Origin: an uncultured Acidobacteriaceae bacterium | Lineage (GTDB): Bacteria; Acidobacteriota; Terriglobia; Terriglobales; Acidobacteriaceae | Assembly (NCBI GenBank): GCA_963783065.1 | Contig: CAWAMG010000004.1 | Span: 1,480,010-1,544,009, forward strand | Direction of reading: 5' to 3' | DNA length: 64,000 nt | Part shown: positions 31,244-41,512 of the stretch, piece by piece | Layout of the letters: the number at the start of each line of letters is the position of its first letter | How positions within the stretch are numbered: position 1 is the stretch's first letter | Program-made: the position numbers and the translations under genes | The notes under the pieces: generated by a model | What the model was told of the DNA's origin: nothing | The model's database searches: none | Seen by the model: the letters and a program-made list of their open reading frames with translations, nothing else

Positions 31244-31299
31244 CGATAACTTGCTGCCCTTTGTCCCGCCGCCAACCAACTCCCCCAGCTACGACTTGG

Positions 31300-31355
31300 G
31301 CTGAAGGCTGAAAGCTGAAAGCTGGTAGCTGGCAGCTAGAAGCTAGAAGCTGGCA
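31300..31355. repeat. Eight tandem degenerate heptamers (GCTRNNN)
   Basis: gctgaag gctgaaa gctgaaa gctggta gctggca gctagaa gctagaa gctggca, overlapping the GH31 stop codon. Confidence 0.85.
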
Positions 31356-33778
31356 GCCATCTTCGCCCCTTCATAGCTCACCGTCTTCTCCGCCCCCTCC
31401 GTCTCCCCAATCCCCACGCCATGTCCCTTCCCCACCACCACCACTTTGAAAGTCCGCTCCTTCAGCATCCCCGGAAAACTCCCCTCCCGCGCCCCCACCG
31501 TCAGCGTCTTCGTCCCATCGTCCCAATGCAGCGCGATCGTCGCATGCGCGCCCTTCTCATACGCATACCCGTCGTTCTCGTCCTCATACAGCGTGAAAGT
31601 CCCCATCCGCCCCCGGATAAATCCGCAGCTCAATCGGGTCCTCCGCCTTCTCCGTCGTCCACTCCATCTTCGGCCCCATCGGCACAATCGATCCCGCCCT
31701 TACAAACAGCGGCAGCTTCTCCAACGGCGCATCCGCCTCAATCCGTTTTCCGCCCTCCGTCTTCTCGCCCGTCCAGAAGTCGTACCACGTCGCCTTCGGC
31801 AAATACACCGTCCGGCTCGTCGCACCCTCCGTCGTCACCGGGCTCACCAAGATCGCCGGCCCAAACAGATATTCATCCCCCGTGTTCTGCGCCTCCACAT
31901 CCTCCCGCCAATCCATCACCAGCGGCCGCATCAGCGTTCCGTGGTTGCTCGTCACCTGCCATGCCTCGCTAGTAGATGTACGGCATCAATCTATATCTCA
32001 GTGTGTCGTAGTCCACTAATATCTTCTGCGTCCTCCGCCCCATAACTCCATAACTCGTTCTCGCTCGGGTTCCGCGTCCCATGCACCCTGAAGATCGGCG
32101 AGAACGCCCCAAACTGGAACCACCTGACAAACAACTCGCGAAACTTCGGATCGTTCAGATTCCCGCCCGAAATAAACCCGCCAATATCCGTCGTCCAATA
32201 CGGCATTCCACTGATCGCATAGTTCAGCCCCGCCGGAATCTGCCTCTGAAACGTCATCCAGTCGCTCAGCACGTCGCCCGACCACGCCGTCACCCCATAC
32301 CTCTGCGCTCCCGCATAGGCCGACCGCGAAAGAATGAACACCCGCTTCTGGTCGCTCGCCGCACGCTGCCCATCGCTCACGCCTCCCGTGTGAAACAGCG
32401 GATACACATTCGCATACCGCGCTCCCGACCCCAGGAAAATCTTGTTCGTCGTCAGAATGTTGTCTTCCCGCGCTTCCGTCTCCGGCTCATCGGTATCCAG
32501 CCACCACGCATCCACGCCTTTCGCAAACAGCGCCGTATTCGCGTTCGCCCAGTACTGCTTCCGCGCCTCCGGATTCGTCGCGTCATACAGCGCCTGTCCC
32601 ACCGGATGAAAACTCGGCTGCACCGTCTTCGCAATGAACCATCCCTTCTTGTCGAACTCGTCGTACACCGGCGCGCCCGGCCTGAAGTACGGCCAGATCG
32701 AAACCATCAAATGAAAGTGCTCCTTGTGCAGCGTATCGATCATCCCCTGCGGATCGGGATAGTGCGCGTTCCACTTCATCTCCCCCATCGTCACCCACCA
32801 GAACCAGTCCTGCACAATGTTGTCCACCGGGATGTGCTCGGCCCTGTACTTCGCCGCCACGTCCTCAATCTCCTTCTGCGACTCATACTTGTTCTTGCAT
32901 TGCCAGAACCCATACGCCCACTTGCCAAACAGCGGAACCTCGCCCGTCAGCTCGCGATACCGCCCAATAATCCCGTCCGTCTCCGGCCCATAAATAAAGT
33001 AGTAGTCAATCCGGTCCGCAACCTCCGCGCTCCAGTACAGCGCATGCACAAACCGGTTATTCATCCGGCTCCGCGAAGGATTGTTCCAGAAGATCCCATA
33101 CCCGTTCGTCGAAACCATCAGCGGAATCGCAATGTTCGTGTTCTCCTGCGACAGGTCCACCGTCTCTCCGCGATAGTTCCACACCCCCGCCTGGTGCTGC
33201 CCCAGCCCATACAGCCCTTCGTGACTTCCATAGTTTCCGAAGGACACCTCCGCATGAAATGTCTTCTCGCCGTTCACTTCCACCGGCCGCAGACTCCGGT
33301 ACCCATCCGTCGCCAGCATCTTGCCTGCCATCCGTCGCCCCACCGATCCCGGCCCCGTCGCCACCACGCCTCCCGCCACTTGCGGATCAGGCGCAATGTA
33401 GTGAATCGCCCCGCTCTCGCGCTCAATCACCACTGCCAGCTTCGCCGTCGTCAGCGTCACCGCCCTGTCATTCGAATTCACCTCAAACGCCGCACCCGGC
33501 CAATCCTTCTTCACCACCACCCCATCCCACGGCCGCTCCGGCGCAGCCGCGTCCTTTTTCGGCGGCGCATACGTCACATGCAACACATCCGCGGCCTTCA
33601 CCTCAATCCGCAGCACTCCGTCCTTCTGCTGCACCTCCACCCCATTTGCCGTCTTCGTAAAGCTCACCACCGGATTCGGCGTATTCCACTGCCCCATCGC
33701 CATCGGCATCATCATCCCCGCCGCCGCCAACCCCATCGCTACTCCCGCAACCATCCCCAGCAGTCCCGCACGCCTCAT
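31343..33778 (-). CDS. Secreted GH31 glycoside hydrolase (alpha-xylosidase-like), three +1 frameshifts (~32032, ~31971, ~31597)
   Basis: YGLGQHQ, IVQDWFWW, catalytic WWLDTDEPE, WSGD, WTTDIGGF, RWFQFGAFSPIFRVHG; continues after the shifts as YRLMPYIY, LMRPL, EYLFGPAILVSPV, LPLFVRAGSIVP, FTLYEDEND. Confidence 0.9.
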
Positions 33779-34005
33779 CCCAAACTCCCTCGTCTCAATC
33801 GGTTTATCAGCCCGAACCAGTCTACTCCCGCACCTCCATCAACTACCCAGCCCACTCCACTCCTCACTCCGGACCCGGTGCTCTTGCTTCCATCCCAAAC
33901 GGGCTCAGTTCTTGAAAATCAACGCAACACATTCTCGCCCGCGCTACAGCATTTTCGATCCTGGTCTATACACGAGCCACGCAGCTGAGTGGCATTTTCT
34001 TCTCC

Positions 34006-34044
34006 GGGGTCCCCACAGACAGGTCTTCGTCGGTGGGGTGGAAG
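34006..34044. repeat. REP-like family B variant (intergenic)
   Basis: ggggtccccac...gtggggtggaag. Confidence 0.6.
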
Positions 34045-34131
34045 TAGGTGCCGCCTTCAATACTCTCGAAACGTTAGCATGTGGATCGAAAATGCTCTAG
34101 AATGCCTCTGTTTCCACTAAAAGGACTTTTC

Positions 34132-36132
34132 ATGCGCACTCGTGCTTCTTTGAGCGTCCTCTCGCTGCTCTTCGCAGTGTCTTCATCCACCGCGCTGCTC
34201 GCCCAGTTCCAGCCGCCCACCCCCGAAGAGCTCAAGATGACCTCCGACCCCAAAGCCCCCGGCGCCGCCGCCGTCTTCCTCAATGTCGAAGAAGTCACCG
34301 ACGATCCTCTTCACTACCACATGGTCTATGCCCGCATCAAGGTCCTCACGGAGAAGGGCAAAGAGCTAGCCACTGTCGAGCTCCCATACGCACGCGGCGA
34401 CTCCAAAGTCACTGACATCAAGGCCCGCACCATCCACTCCGACGGAACCATCATCCCTCTTGAAGGAAAGCCCGACGACCTGCTCGCTTCCAAATCCGCT
34501 GATAAGAACTTCGGAAGCAGGGTCTTCAACCTTCCCAGCGTCGAGGTCGGCAGCATCCTCGAGTACCGCTACCAAATCCGCTACAACGACAATAACTTTT
34601 CTTCGCCCTTCTGGGAGATACAGCACCCGTTCTATGTCCACAAAGCCCGCTACGCCTTCACTCCCTTCAAAGGCTTCCTCAACGGCGCGCAAAATCAGAC
34701 AAGCGCGTATCTTGTCGATTCAAAAGGGCGCGTCAACAACAGGCTCCTTTGGATGGCCCACCTTCCGTTGGGCGTCGAAGTTAAAACCGACACCATCGGG
34801 CGCTACAGTGTCGATGTCCAGGACATCCCTCCCTTCCCCGATGAAGAGTGGATGCCGCCCATCGATAGCCTCCGTTACCGGGTCTTTTTCTACTACATGG
34901 CTGCATACAGCGGCACCGACTTCTGGGTCTCCGAGGCCAAGGACTGGTCGAAGGATGTCGACCGCTTCGCCGACCCCACTCCACCCATCCGCGACGCTGC
35001 CTCCGGTCTCATCTCACCCGGCGACAACGACGAGGCCAAGGCCAGGAAACTCTACAAGGCCGTCGTGGCCCTCGACAACACTGACTTCTCACGCAAGAAG
35101 AGCGAGGTCGAGCTGAAACAGTTGGGCCTTCGCCCAGCCAGGCGCGCCGAAGACACCTGGATACAGAAAAGCGGTTCAAGCCAGGACATCACGCTCCTTT
35201 ATCTCGCCATGCTCCGCGCCGCAAAGCTCACCGCTTACGACATGCGCGTCGTCAACCGGGCAGAGGGCATCTTCGATCCCACCTATCTCTATTTCGACCA
35301 GGTAACCGACGATGTCATCCTGCTCTCCACCGGCGGCAAAGAAGTCGTCCTCGACCCCGGTCAAAAAGTGGCGCCCTTCCTGACCGTCAACTGGCAACAT
35401 TCTGGCGCCTCCGGCGTCCGGCAAAGCCACGCCGGTACAGCAGCTGCCTCCACCCCATTCCAGTCCTACACCGCCAACACTCTCCTTCGCTCCGGCGACG
35501 TCGACCTCAATGCGCGTGGCGAAATCACCGCCAACTTCCGCTTCGTCATGAACGGCCAGGAGGCTCTCGTCTGGCGTCAGGCTGCACTCGAAAATGACCT
35601 TGACGAAATCAAAAAGCGCTTTGACCGTTGGCTCAGGGAAATCTGCCCCGATGGTGTCGAGGCCCACATCGACCACTTCCTCGGCCTCGGCGACCCCGAT
35701 GTCAATCTCATCGCCATCGTTAAGGCCGTGGGCAACCTCGGCACCGCCACCTCAAAGCGGCTGCTCCTGCCAGGCTTTTTCTTTCAAACCAGCGAAGGCC
35801 ACCCCTTCGTCGGCGAGGATAAGCGCCTGGAGCCTGTCGATATGCATTATGCCAATCAGGTTACCGATCAGATCGCCTATCATCTTCCTCCCGGACTGAT
35901 CGTCGAAGGCGAACCACAGACTGCCGACATTCCTTGGCCCCAGCATGCCGCCCTCGCTATCAAAACCATTTCGGCCCCCGGCCAGGTCACCATTGCACGC
36001 CAGCTCTCACGCGCCTTCACTCTCGTCAAACCCGAGGAGTATCAATCCCTCCGCGACTTCTACCAGAAAGTTGCCTCCGCCGATCAGCAGCAACTCGTCC
36101 TCACCTTGTCGCCAAACGCGAAGGGAAACTGA
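34132..36132 (+). CDS. Secreted DUF3857/transglutaminase-like/DUF3858 protein, catalytic Cys absent
   Basis: Signal peptide; QFQPPTPEELKMTSDP; ARTIHSDG; VEVGSILEY; triad positions read SGSSQD and VTDD; LDPG; YQSLRDFY; ends KGN. Confidence 0.85.
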   Translation: MRTRASLSVLSLLFAVSSSTALLAQFQPPTPEELKMTSDPKAPGAAAVFLNVEEVTDDPLHYHMVYARIKVLTEKGKELATVELPYARGDSKVTDIKARTIHSDGTIIPLEGKPDDLLASKSADKNFGSRVFNLPSVEVGSILEYRYQIRYNDNNFSSPFWEIQHPFYVHKARYAFTPFKGFLNGAQNQTSAYLVDSKGRVNNRLLWMAHLPLGVEVKTDTIGRYSVDVQDIPPFPDEEWMPPIDSLRYRVFFYYMAAYSGTDFWVSEAKDWSKDVDRFADPTPPIRDAASGLISPGDNDEAKARKLYKAVVALDNTDFSRKKSEVELKQLGLRPARRAEDTWIQKSGSSQDITLLYLAMLRAAKLTAYDMRVVNRAEGIFDPTYLYFDQVTDDVILLSTGGKEVVLDPGQKVAPFLTVNWQHSGASGVRQSHAGTAAASTPFQSYTANTLLRSGDVDLNARGEITANFRFVMNGQEALVWRQAALENDLDEIKKRFDRWLREICPDGVEAHIDHFLGLGDPDVNLIAIVKAVGNLGTATSKRLLLPGFFFQTSEGHPFVGEDKRLEPVDMHYANQVTDQIAYHLPPGLIVEGEPQTADIPWPQHAALAIKTISAPGQVTIARQLSRAFTLVKPEEYQSLRDFYQKVASADQQQLVLTLSPNAKGN

Positions 36133-36245
36133 TCGAGCGTTGCGGATCAGTTCAGTCGAAAAAAGGGCCTGTTCCCGTGATCCCGACGGTTGATGGCATC
36201 AGGCCTTAACTCTCTGGCTGGTGTAAACTGGTTCAGACCCCAAAA

Positions 36246-36268
36246 AGCCGGCTCGCAATGAGCCGGCT
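36246..36268. terminator. Perfect 9-bp hairpin upstream of the tRNA
   Basis: agccggctc-gcaat-gagccggct preceded by an A run (a U-tract on the minus strand). Confidence 0.45.
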
Positions 36269-36277
36269 ACATTGTGT

Positions 36278-36354
36278 CGGGACGTGGCTCAGCCTGGTAG
36301 AGCACTCGCTTGGGGTGCGAGGGGTCGGCAGTTCAAATCTGCCCGTCCCGACCA
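36278..36354 (+). tRNA. tRNA-Pro (anticodon GGG), CCA encoded
   Basis: Acceptor cgggacg/cgtcccg, D arm gctc-agcctggta-gagc, anticodon stem ctcgc/gcgag with loop ttGGGgt, T arm ggcag-ttcaaat-ctgcc, A73-CCA; 77 nt. Confidence 0.97.
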
Positions 36355-36924
36355 TTTAATCCTGCCTCACCATTCAATCTGCCCAAACGCTCGTGGCCGA
36401 CCCACGACGCACCCCAACTTCGCGAAGCGCGCAGCGCGGAGCGCAATCAGGCTTGCGAGGGGGCGAGGCTGAGCCGAACCTTTCGGCAGTTCAAATCTGC
36501 CCGTCCCGACCATTTAATCCTGCCTCACCATTCAATCTGCCCAAACGCTCGTGGCCGACCCACGACGCACCCCAACTTCGCGAAGCGCGCAGCGCGGAGC
36601 GCAATCAGGCTTGCGAGGGGGCGAGGCTGAGCCGAGCCTTTCGGCAGTTCAAATCTGCCCGTCCCGACCATTTAATCCTGCCTCACCATTCAATCTGCCC
36701 AAACGCTCGTGGCCGACCCACGACGCACCCCAACTTCGCGAAGCGCGCAGCGCGGAGCGCAATCAGGTTTGCGAGGGGGCGAGGCTGAGCCGAGCCTTTC
36801 GGCAGTTCAAATCTGCCCGTCCCGACCATTTAATCCTGCCTCACCATTCAATCTGCCCAAACGCTCGTGGCCGACCCACGACGCACCCCAACTTCGCGAA
36901 GCGCGCAGCGCGGAGCCCAATCAG
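36325..36924 (+). repeat. tRNA-linked tandem array, 158-bp unit, about 3.8 copies
   Basis: Units start at 36325, 36483, 36641 and 36799; each begins with the last 30 nt of the tRNA (tcggcagttcaaatctgcccgtcccgacca); units differ at only a few bases. Confidence 0.95.
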
Positions 36925-36952
36925 CCTCGCGAAGTCCGCGAGACGCAGACCA

Positions 36953-36988
36953 GGGTCCCCGAGGACAGCTTCTCCCCGGGGTGGGAAG
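36953..36988. repeat. REP-like family B variant closing the tRNA array
   Basis: gggtccccg...ccggggtgggaag. Confidence 0.6.
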
Positions 36989-36997
36989 CCAATCTCG

Positions 36998-37645
36998 TTA
37001 CGCGTTCAATTTCGTGTCTGGAACTGGCTTGGCGGCTTTCCGGTAGACGAGCAATGCCAGACCAAGAAGTCCGGTGCCAAGAAGGAGCAGAGAACCAGGC
37101 TCTGGGGTCGGGCTAAAAACTGGAGTCCCATCCGGGTTCGAAAAATCAATAACTGGGTTGTTGCTGTCGTACGAACCGTTGTCGGCAAAGTAAAAGAGCC
37201 CGTTACCGGGAGCGCCGCTGCCGAAGCCGCCGCCGAAGAGATTGATTTCGTATCCCGGCGCAGGCGAAAAGACAACGCCACCCCAGTCCAATACGTCATT
37301 CCCCGTCAATCCCGTGTAGAGCAGGTTGTCGTATAGGAACGTACCATTGTCCTCGAGGTTGTAAGCGTTCGCCCCGCTGTCTGGCAACTCTGCCGGAGCA
37401 TCGGCGAAACTGTAAGCTGGTCCACCGGCTATGTCGAAGGTTCCGGATACGGCGCTAATAACATATGCGCTAACATTGCCAGAAGGGCCTGGGAGATTAT
37501 TCACTGTCGTGTTTCCGGTGGTAAACGTAACATCGGCAGTGAAGTTAGAGCCGCTGATTGCATAGCCAAACGAGTCAGCAATTGCTGTTGGGGTAATTGC
37601 CAGGGCGCTTGCTGTTGCGAGTAATGCGAACGTGAGATTTTTCAT
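36998..37645 (-). CDS. PEP-CTERM sorting-domain surface protein
   Basis: Signal peptide MKNLTFALLATASALAITPTAIA; G/N/S/T-rich body; C-terminal TPEPGSLLLLGTGLLGLALLVYRK. Confidence 0.9.
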   Translation of the reverse strand: MKNLTFALLATASALAITPTAIADSFGYAISGSNFTADVTFTTGNTTVNNLPGPSGNVSAYVISAVSGTFDIAGGPAYSFADAPAELPDSGANAYNLEDNGTFLYDNLLYTGLTGNDVLDWGGVVFSPAPGYEINLFGGGFGSGAPGNGLFYFADNGSYDSNNPVIDFSNPDGTPVFSPTPEPGSLLLLGTGLLGLALLVYRKAAKPVPDTKLNA

Positions 37646-38129
37646 GATTCCTCTAAGTTCAGCTAATCGAACGTCCCTGCGCTAAACCGGCTGCAGAGGT
37701 CCATCCAGAGATTCATTGCACGGATTGATTCGACTTGATTCGACAATCGATCAACCCTCGAAAAACATGCGGTGCATCCCGCTCACCGTCCCGCCAGGAT
37801 CGCGCCAGGGAGCGCACAGCATCGACTTGGCCCCCTGAACCGGAGCAAGAAAAACCAAGCGCTCGGTTGCAGACAAGATGCCCTGGCCCTGCGAAACGGA
37901 TGATGTTCACATCCTTATAAGCAGATCGAGCGCCAAAGGGTGCGCGCTTAGATTCAATCGCTTACGTAGCAGCCAGCCAGAAATGTGCAAGATCTTGCGC
38001 ATTGAACCCAGTTGGATTTTCCATTTTGAGCGCTGAAGTTTTGCCGCTGGAACTCAAGCGCTTCACCTTTGCTTTTTATTCCGCCAGCTTGACAGTGGCT
38101 CCCAGCGACCCTGATCCTTCTCCGTTACA

Positions 38130-39197
38130 GTGAACAATGTGACCAAGGCCCAGATGCCCGATTCCTCCAACCTCTCATCTCCACCAGCCGATTCCGTCGA
38201 CCCCGCTTCTGTTCCGCTGCGCCGCCTTCGCTCCGGCGCCGGAATGCCCGCAATCGGACTCGGCACCTTTGGCTCCGACCATGTTCCCCATGCCGCGGTT
38301 GCCGCTGCTGTCAAAGATGCCGCCTCGCTCGGCTATCGCCACTTCGACTGCGCCGCTGTCTACGGCAACGAAGACCTGATCGGCGATTCTTTTCAGTTCA
38401 TCATGCGCTCCGGTATCAAGCGTGAAGAACTCTGGATTACATCCAAGCTCTGGAACGACAAGCACGCTGAAGAGGACGTAATCCCCACCTGCGAGAAGTC
38501 TCTTCGTGACCTCAAGCTCGACTATCTCGACCTCTATCTCATTCACTGGCCGTTTCCCAACCATCATCCGCCGCATTGCGATGTCGGCGCCCGCAACCCC
38601 AACGCCGTCCCCTACATTCACGAGCGCTACATGCGCACCTGGCGCAAGTTTGAAGAGCTTGTCCACCGCGGACTCGTCCGCCACATCGGCACTTCCAACA
38701 TGACCATGCCCAAGATGGATCTGCTCCTCCACGATGCGCGCATCCTGCCCGCGGCAAACGAAATGGAACTCCATCCACACTTCCAACAACCCGAATTCTT
38801 CGCTTACCTGGTCGCCCAGGGCATTGTCCCCATTGGCTACTCGCCTCTCGGCTCACCTGGTCGCCCCGAGCGCGACCGCACCCCTGAAGACACCTCGCCC
38901 ACCGAGGATCCAGTTATCCTGCGCATCGCCAATCGCCTCGGTGTTCATCCCGCCGTCGTCTGCATCAAGTGGGCCGTACAGCGCGGTCAGATTCCCATTC
39001 CCTTCTCCAGCCGCCGCTCCAACTACCTTGCCAACCTGCGCGGCGTTGTCAGCGAACCACTCACCGATGACGACATGCGCGCCATCGCCGGGATCGATCG
39101 CAACTGCCGCTTGATCAAAGGCCAGGTCTTCCTCTGGAGAGACAATCAATCATGGGAAGACCTATGGGACGTCAACGGCGTAATCACCCCTCCTTAG
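38130..39197 (+). CDS. Aldo/keto reductase
   Basis: IGLGTFG, FDCAAVYGNE (Asp, Tyr), ITSKLW (Lys), LYLIHWP (His), IGTSN, NEMELHP, YSPLG. Confidence 0.92.
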   Translation: MNNVTKAQMPDSSNLSSPPADSVDPASVPLRRLRSGAGMPAIGLGTFGSDHVPHAAVAAAVKDAASLGYRHFDCAAVYGNEDLIGDSFQFIMRSGIKREELWITSKLWNDKHAEEDVIPTCEKSLRDLKLDYLDLYLIHWPFPNHHPPHCDVGARNPNAVPYIHERYMRTWRKFEELVHRGLVRHIGTSNMTMPKMDLLLHDARILPAANEMELHPHFQQPEFFAYLVAQGIVPIGYSPLGSPGRPERDRTPEDTSPTEDPVILRIANRLGVHPAVVCIKWAVQRGQIPIPFSSRRSNYLANLRGVVSEPLTDDDMRAIAGIDRNCRLIKGQVFLWRDNQSWEDLWDVNGVITPP

Positions 39198-39227
39198 GGA
39201 GTCTCGGATCGCGTCTGACCTGAGTCA

Positions 39228-39286
39228 GGGCGCGACTTTAGTCGTGCCGGTGGACGCCACAAAAATGTGCGGGCCTTGGCCCCTGC
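39228..39286. repeat. REP-like family A copy (intergenic)
   Basis: gggcgcgactttagtcgtgccg...gggccttggcccctg. Confidence 0.8.
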
Positions 39287-39386
39287 AGAAGATAGCAGCA
39301 TCGCCTGCGACACTCTTGCAGAGCTTCCTTAGACTCACTGCACTCCTCCACTATGTACTTCAACTATCAGGGGAGAAATTTTATCC

Positions 39387-40448
39387 ATGCCCAACACCAT
39401 GAACGCTGCCTACCTGCCCGGCAACAGCACAGTTGAAATGCGAACTGTCCCGGTACCCAAGCCCGGCCATGGCGAGGTCCTGCTTGCCGTCAGGGCTTCC
39501 ACCATCTGCGGGTCCGACATTCGCGCCATCTACCGCGAGCATCTGGGAAAAGGCCCGGAGGGCTATCGCGGCGTCATCGCCGGACACGAGCCAGCCGGCC
39601 TCGTCGTCGATGCCGGCCCCGGATGTCGCCGCTTCAAGACAGGAGACCGCGTCCTCGTCTATCACATCTCCGGTTGCGGCCTTTGCCCGGACTGCCGGCG
39701 CGGCTTCATGATCAGCTGCACCAGCGCGGAGTATCGTCGCGCCTATGGTTGGCAGCGAGATGGCGGCATGGCAGAGTTTATGGTCGCCGAAGAGAAGGAT
39801 CTCATTCTTCTACCGGACTCTCTCACTTGGCTCGACGGCGCGCAGGTAGCCTGCGGATTCGGCACCGTCTACGAGGGAATCGAGAAGATCGGCATCAGCG
39901 GCAACGACGCTGTGCTCATCACCGGCCTGGGCCCTGTTGGTCTCGCTGCGGGCGCACTCTGCCGAAAGCTTGGCGCGGAAATGATCATCGGCATCGATGT
40001 TCTTGACGAGCGCCTCGAGCTTGCCCGCACTCTCGGCTTGTGCGATCGAGTTTTGCGCTCAGGCCCAGACAATGTCCAGGAGGTCCGCGAACTCACCGGC
40101 GGCCACGGTGTCGAGCGCGCAGTCGACTGCTCGGCCAACTCTGAAGCCCGCGCCACAGCCATCCGCGCCACGCGCAAGTGGGGCCGCATGGTCATGATCG
40201 GCGAAGGTGGCTCGGTCACCTTCAATCCCTCGCCCGACATCATCCACGACCAGAAAACAATTTACGGTTCGTGGGTCAGCTCCATCTGGCGCATGGAAGA
40301 GCTTGTGGAGAAGCTCGTCCGCTGGAATCTCCATCCGGAGGAGATCGTCACCCATCGCTTCGCGCTCGACCAGGCCGCCGAAGCCTACGCACTCATGGCA
40401 ACAGGAAAGTGCGGCAAGGTGGCGGTCTGCCCCAGCGGCGCCCAGTAG
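39387..40448 (+). CDS. Zinc-dependent (MDR) alcohol/polyol dehydrogenase
   Basis: ICGSD, GHEPAG, structural Zn CGLCPDCRRGFMISC, GLGPVG nucleotide-binding motif; GGGGAG RBS. Confidence 0.92.
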   Translation: MPNTMNAAYLPGNSTVEMRTVPVPKPGHGEVLLAVRASTICGSDIRAIYREHLGKGPEGYRGVIAGHEPAGLVVDAGPGCRRFKTGDRVLVYHISGCGLCPDCRRGFMISCTSAEYRRAYGWQRDGGMAEFMVAEEKDLILLPDSLTWLDGAQVACGFGTVYEGIEKIGISGNDAVLITGLGPVGLAAGALCRKLGAEMIIGIDVLDERLELARTLGLCDRVLRSGPDNVQEVRELTGGHGVERAVDCSANSEARATAIRATRKWGRMVMIGEGGSVTFNPSPDIIHDQKTIYGSWVSSIWRMEELVEKLVRWNLHPEEIVTHRFALDQAAEAYALMATGKCGKVAVCPSGAQ

Positions 40449-40521
40449 TCAGCATGAACCAAAAAGCTACGCAGGCGCAATCGATCCCAAGGGAAGTGAA
40501 CTCTCATGTCGTTGGCCGCCC

Positions 40522-40752
40522 TTAGGTCGATCTCCGTGCCGTCCCCCGGCTTCCAGTCGGCCGATGATCCTCTTCCCGCTCGCGAACCTTGCTCGTCAAT
40601 TTCAGCCTGAAGGCCCGGTGCGCCCAAACATGCACCCGCATATGGCAACCACGGCAGCGAATTGGATACTGAAACATCAGCAGCCGGAGCAAATCCGACG
40701 CACGCAGCCGCGACCTTCGCAAAGCCATCGAGTTGCAAAAACGGCATTTCAT
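40522..40752 (-). CDS. 76-aa putative zinc-ribbon protein
   Basis: MKCRFC...PIRCRGC (two CxxC pairs), read from ATG 40752 within the longer track ORF. Confidence 0.55.
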   Translation of the reverse strand: MKCRFCNSMALRRSRLRASDLLRLLMFQYPIRCRGCHMRVHVWAHRAFRLKLTSKVREREEDHRPTGSRGTARRST

Positions 40753-40969
40753 CGCACGGCTCTCTCCGGCAGGGTTTGCGCTCTTGTCCGCAGTCCTTAC
40801 CGAATCCCTGCTTGTCTTAGAAGAATCGATGCCATAACCTAGCACACTCGGCCCATTTCTGTTGAGGTTTCGGCTATCTCTCCCCTTGGCAACCCCGCAA
40901 CTTGCTTTCCCGAAACGAGCCCGTCGTACCATTGAACTCAATCGCCGTCCCGGCGGCCAGAGGTGAAAG

Positions 40970-41512
40970 TTGACCGAACTCTCGAACATCCGCGCCATCG
41001 TGCGCGACCGAACCACCGCACCCACCGACGGAAAGCCATTCGTCGTCTTTCTCATTGGAATGCGAGTTAACCGGCTGTGGGCATTTCCGAAATGGTTCTG
41101 GGTCGCCTCGGCTATGCCCCCCATGATCAAAGAGCTCTACCAGCATCCTGAACTCGGCTTCCTCGCGGGCGAAGTCCTCATCAACTGGCGCGGCGTCACC
41201 ACGCTCCAGTACTGGCGCAGTGTCGAAGACCTTCAGGCATACGCCAATGCCCGTGACCGCGAGCATTTCCCCGCATGGACTGAGTTCTATCGCCGCATCG
41301 GGCGAGACGGCTCTGTTGGCATCTGGCACGAAACCTATCGCATCGACCCCGGTGCCGTCGAAACCATCTACGTCAACATGCCTGCCTGGGGGTTGTCCCG
41401 GGCCTTTGGCCGCGAGCCCGTCTCGGCCGCTCGCCACACTGCAAAACAGCGCATGCAGACCGGTGGCGCGGCGGGTGACGAAACCCAGCATCACCAACCG
41501 GAACAGGATTAG
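40970..41512 (+). CDS. DUF4188 family (monooxygenase-like ferredoxin fold) protein
   Basis: FVVFLIGMRVN, MIKEL...LGFL, QYWRSVEDL, H.PAW, VGIWHETY, ETIYVNMPAWGL; GAGGTG RBS before the TTG start. Confidence 0.82.
   Translation: MTELSNIRAIVRDRTTAPTDGKPFVVFLIGMRVNRLWAFPKWFWVASAMPPMIKELYQHPELGFLAGEVLINWRGVTTLQYWRSVEDLQAYANARDREHFPAWTEFYRRIGRDGSVGIWHETYRIDPGAVETIYVNMPAWGLSRAFGREPVSAARHTAKQRMQTGGAAGDETQHHQPEQD

Noticed and set aside
36325-36924. CRISPR array
   Set aside because: The sequence between the 30-nt tRNA-derived repeats is the same in every unit, so there are no unique spacers, and no cas genes are present.
36272-37336. Track ORFs across the tRNA and array (for example 36393-36788, 36551-37336)
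   Set aside because: They are read-throughs of the tRNA and its tandem repeats, repetitive in several frames, with no RBS or domain signal.
37692-37710. Sigma-54 promoter for the PEP-CTERM gene (TGGATGGACCTCTGCA on the minus strand)
   Set aside because: GG-N10-GC spacing fits, but the match to TGGCAC/TTGC is poor and could arise by chance.
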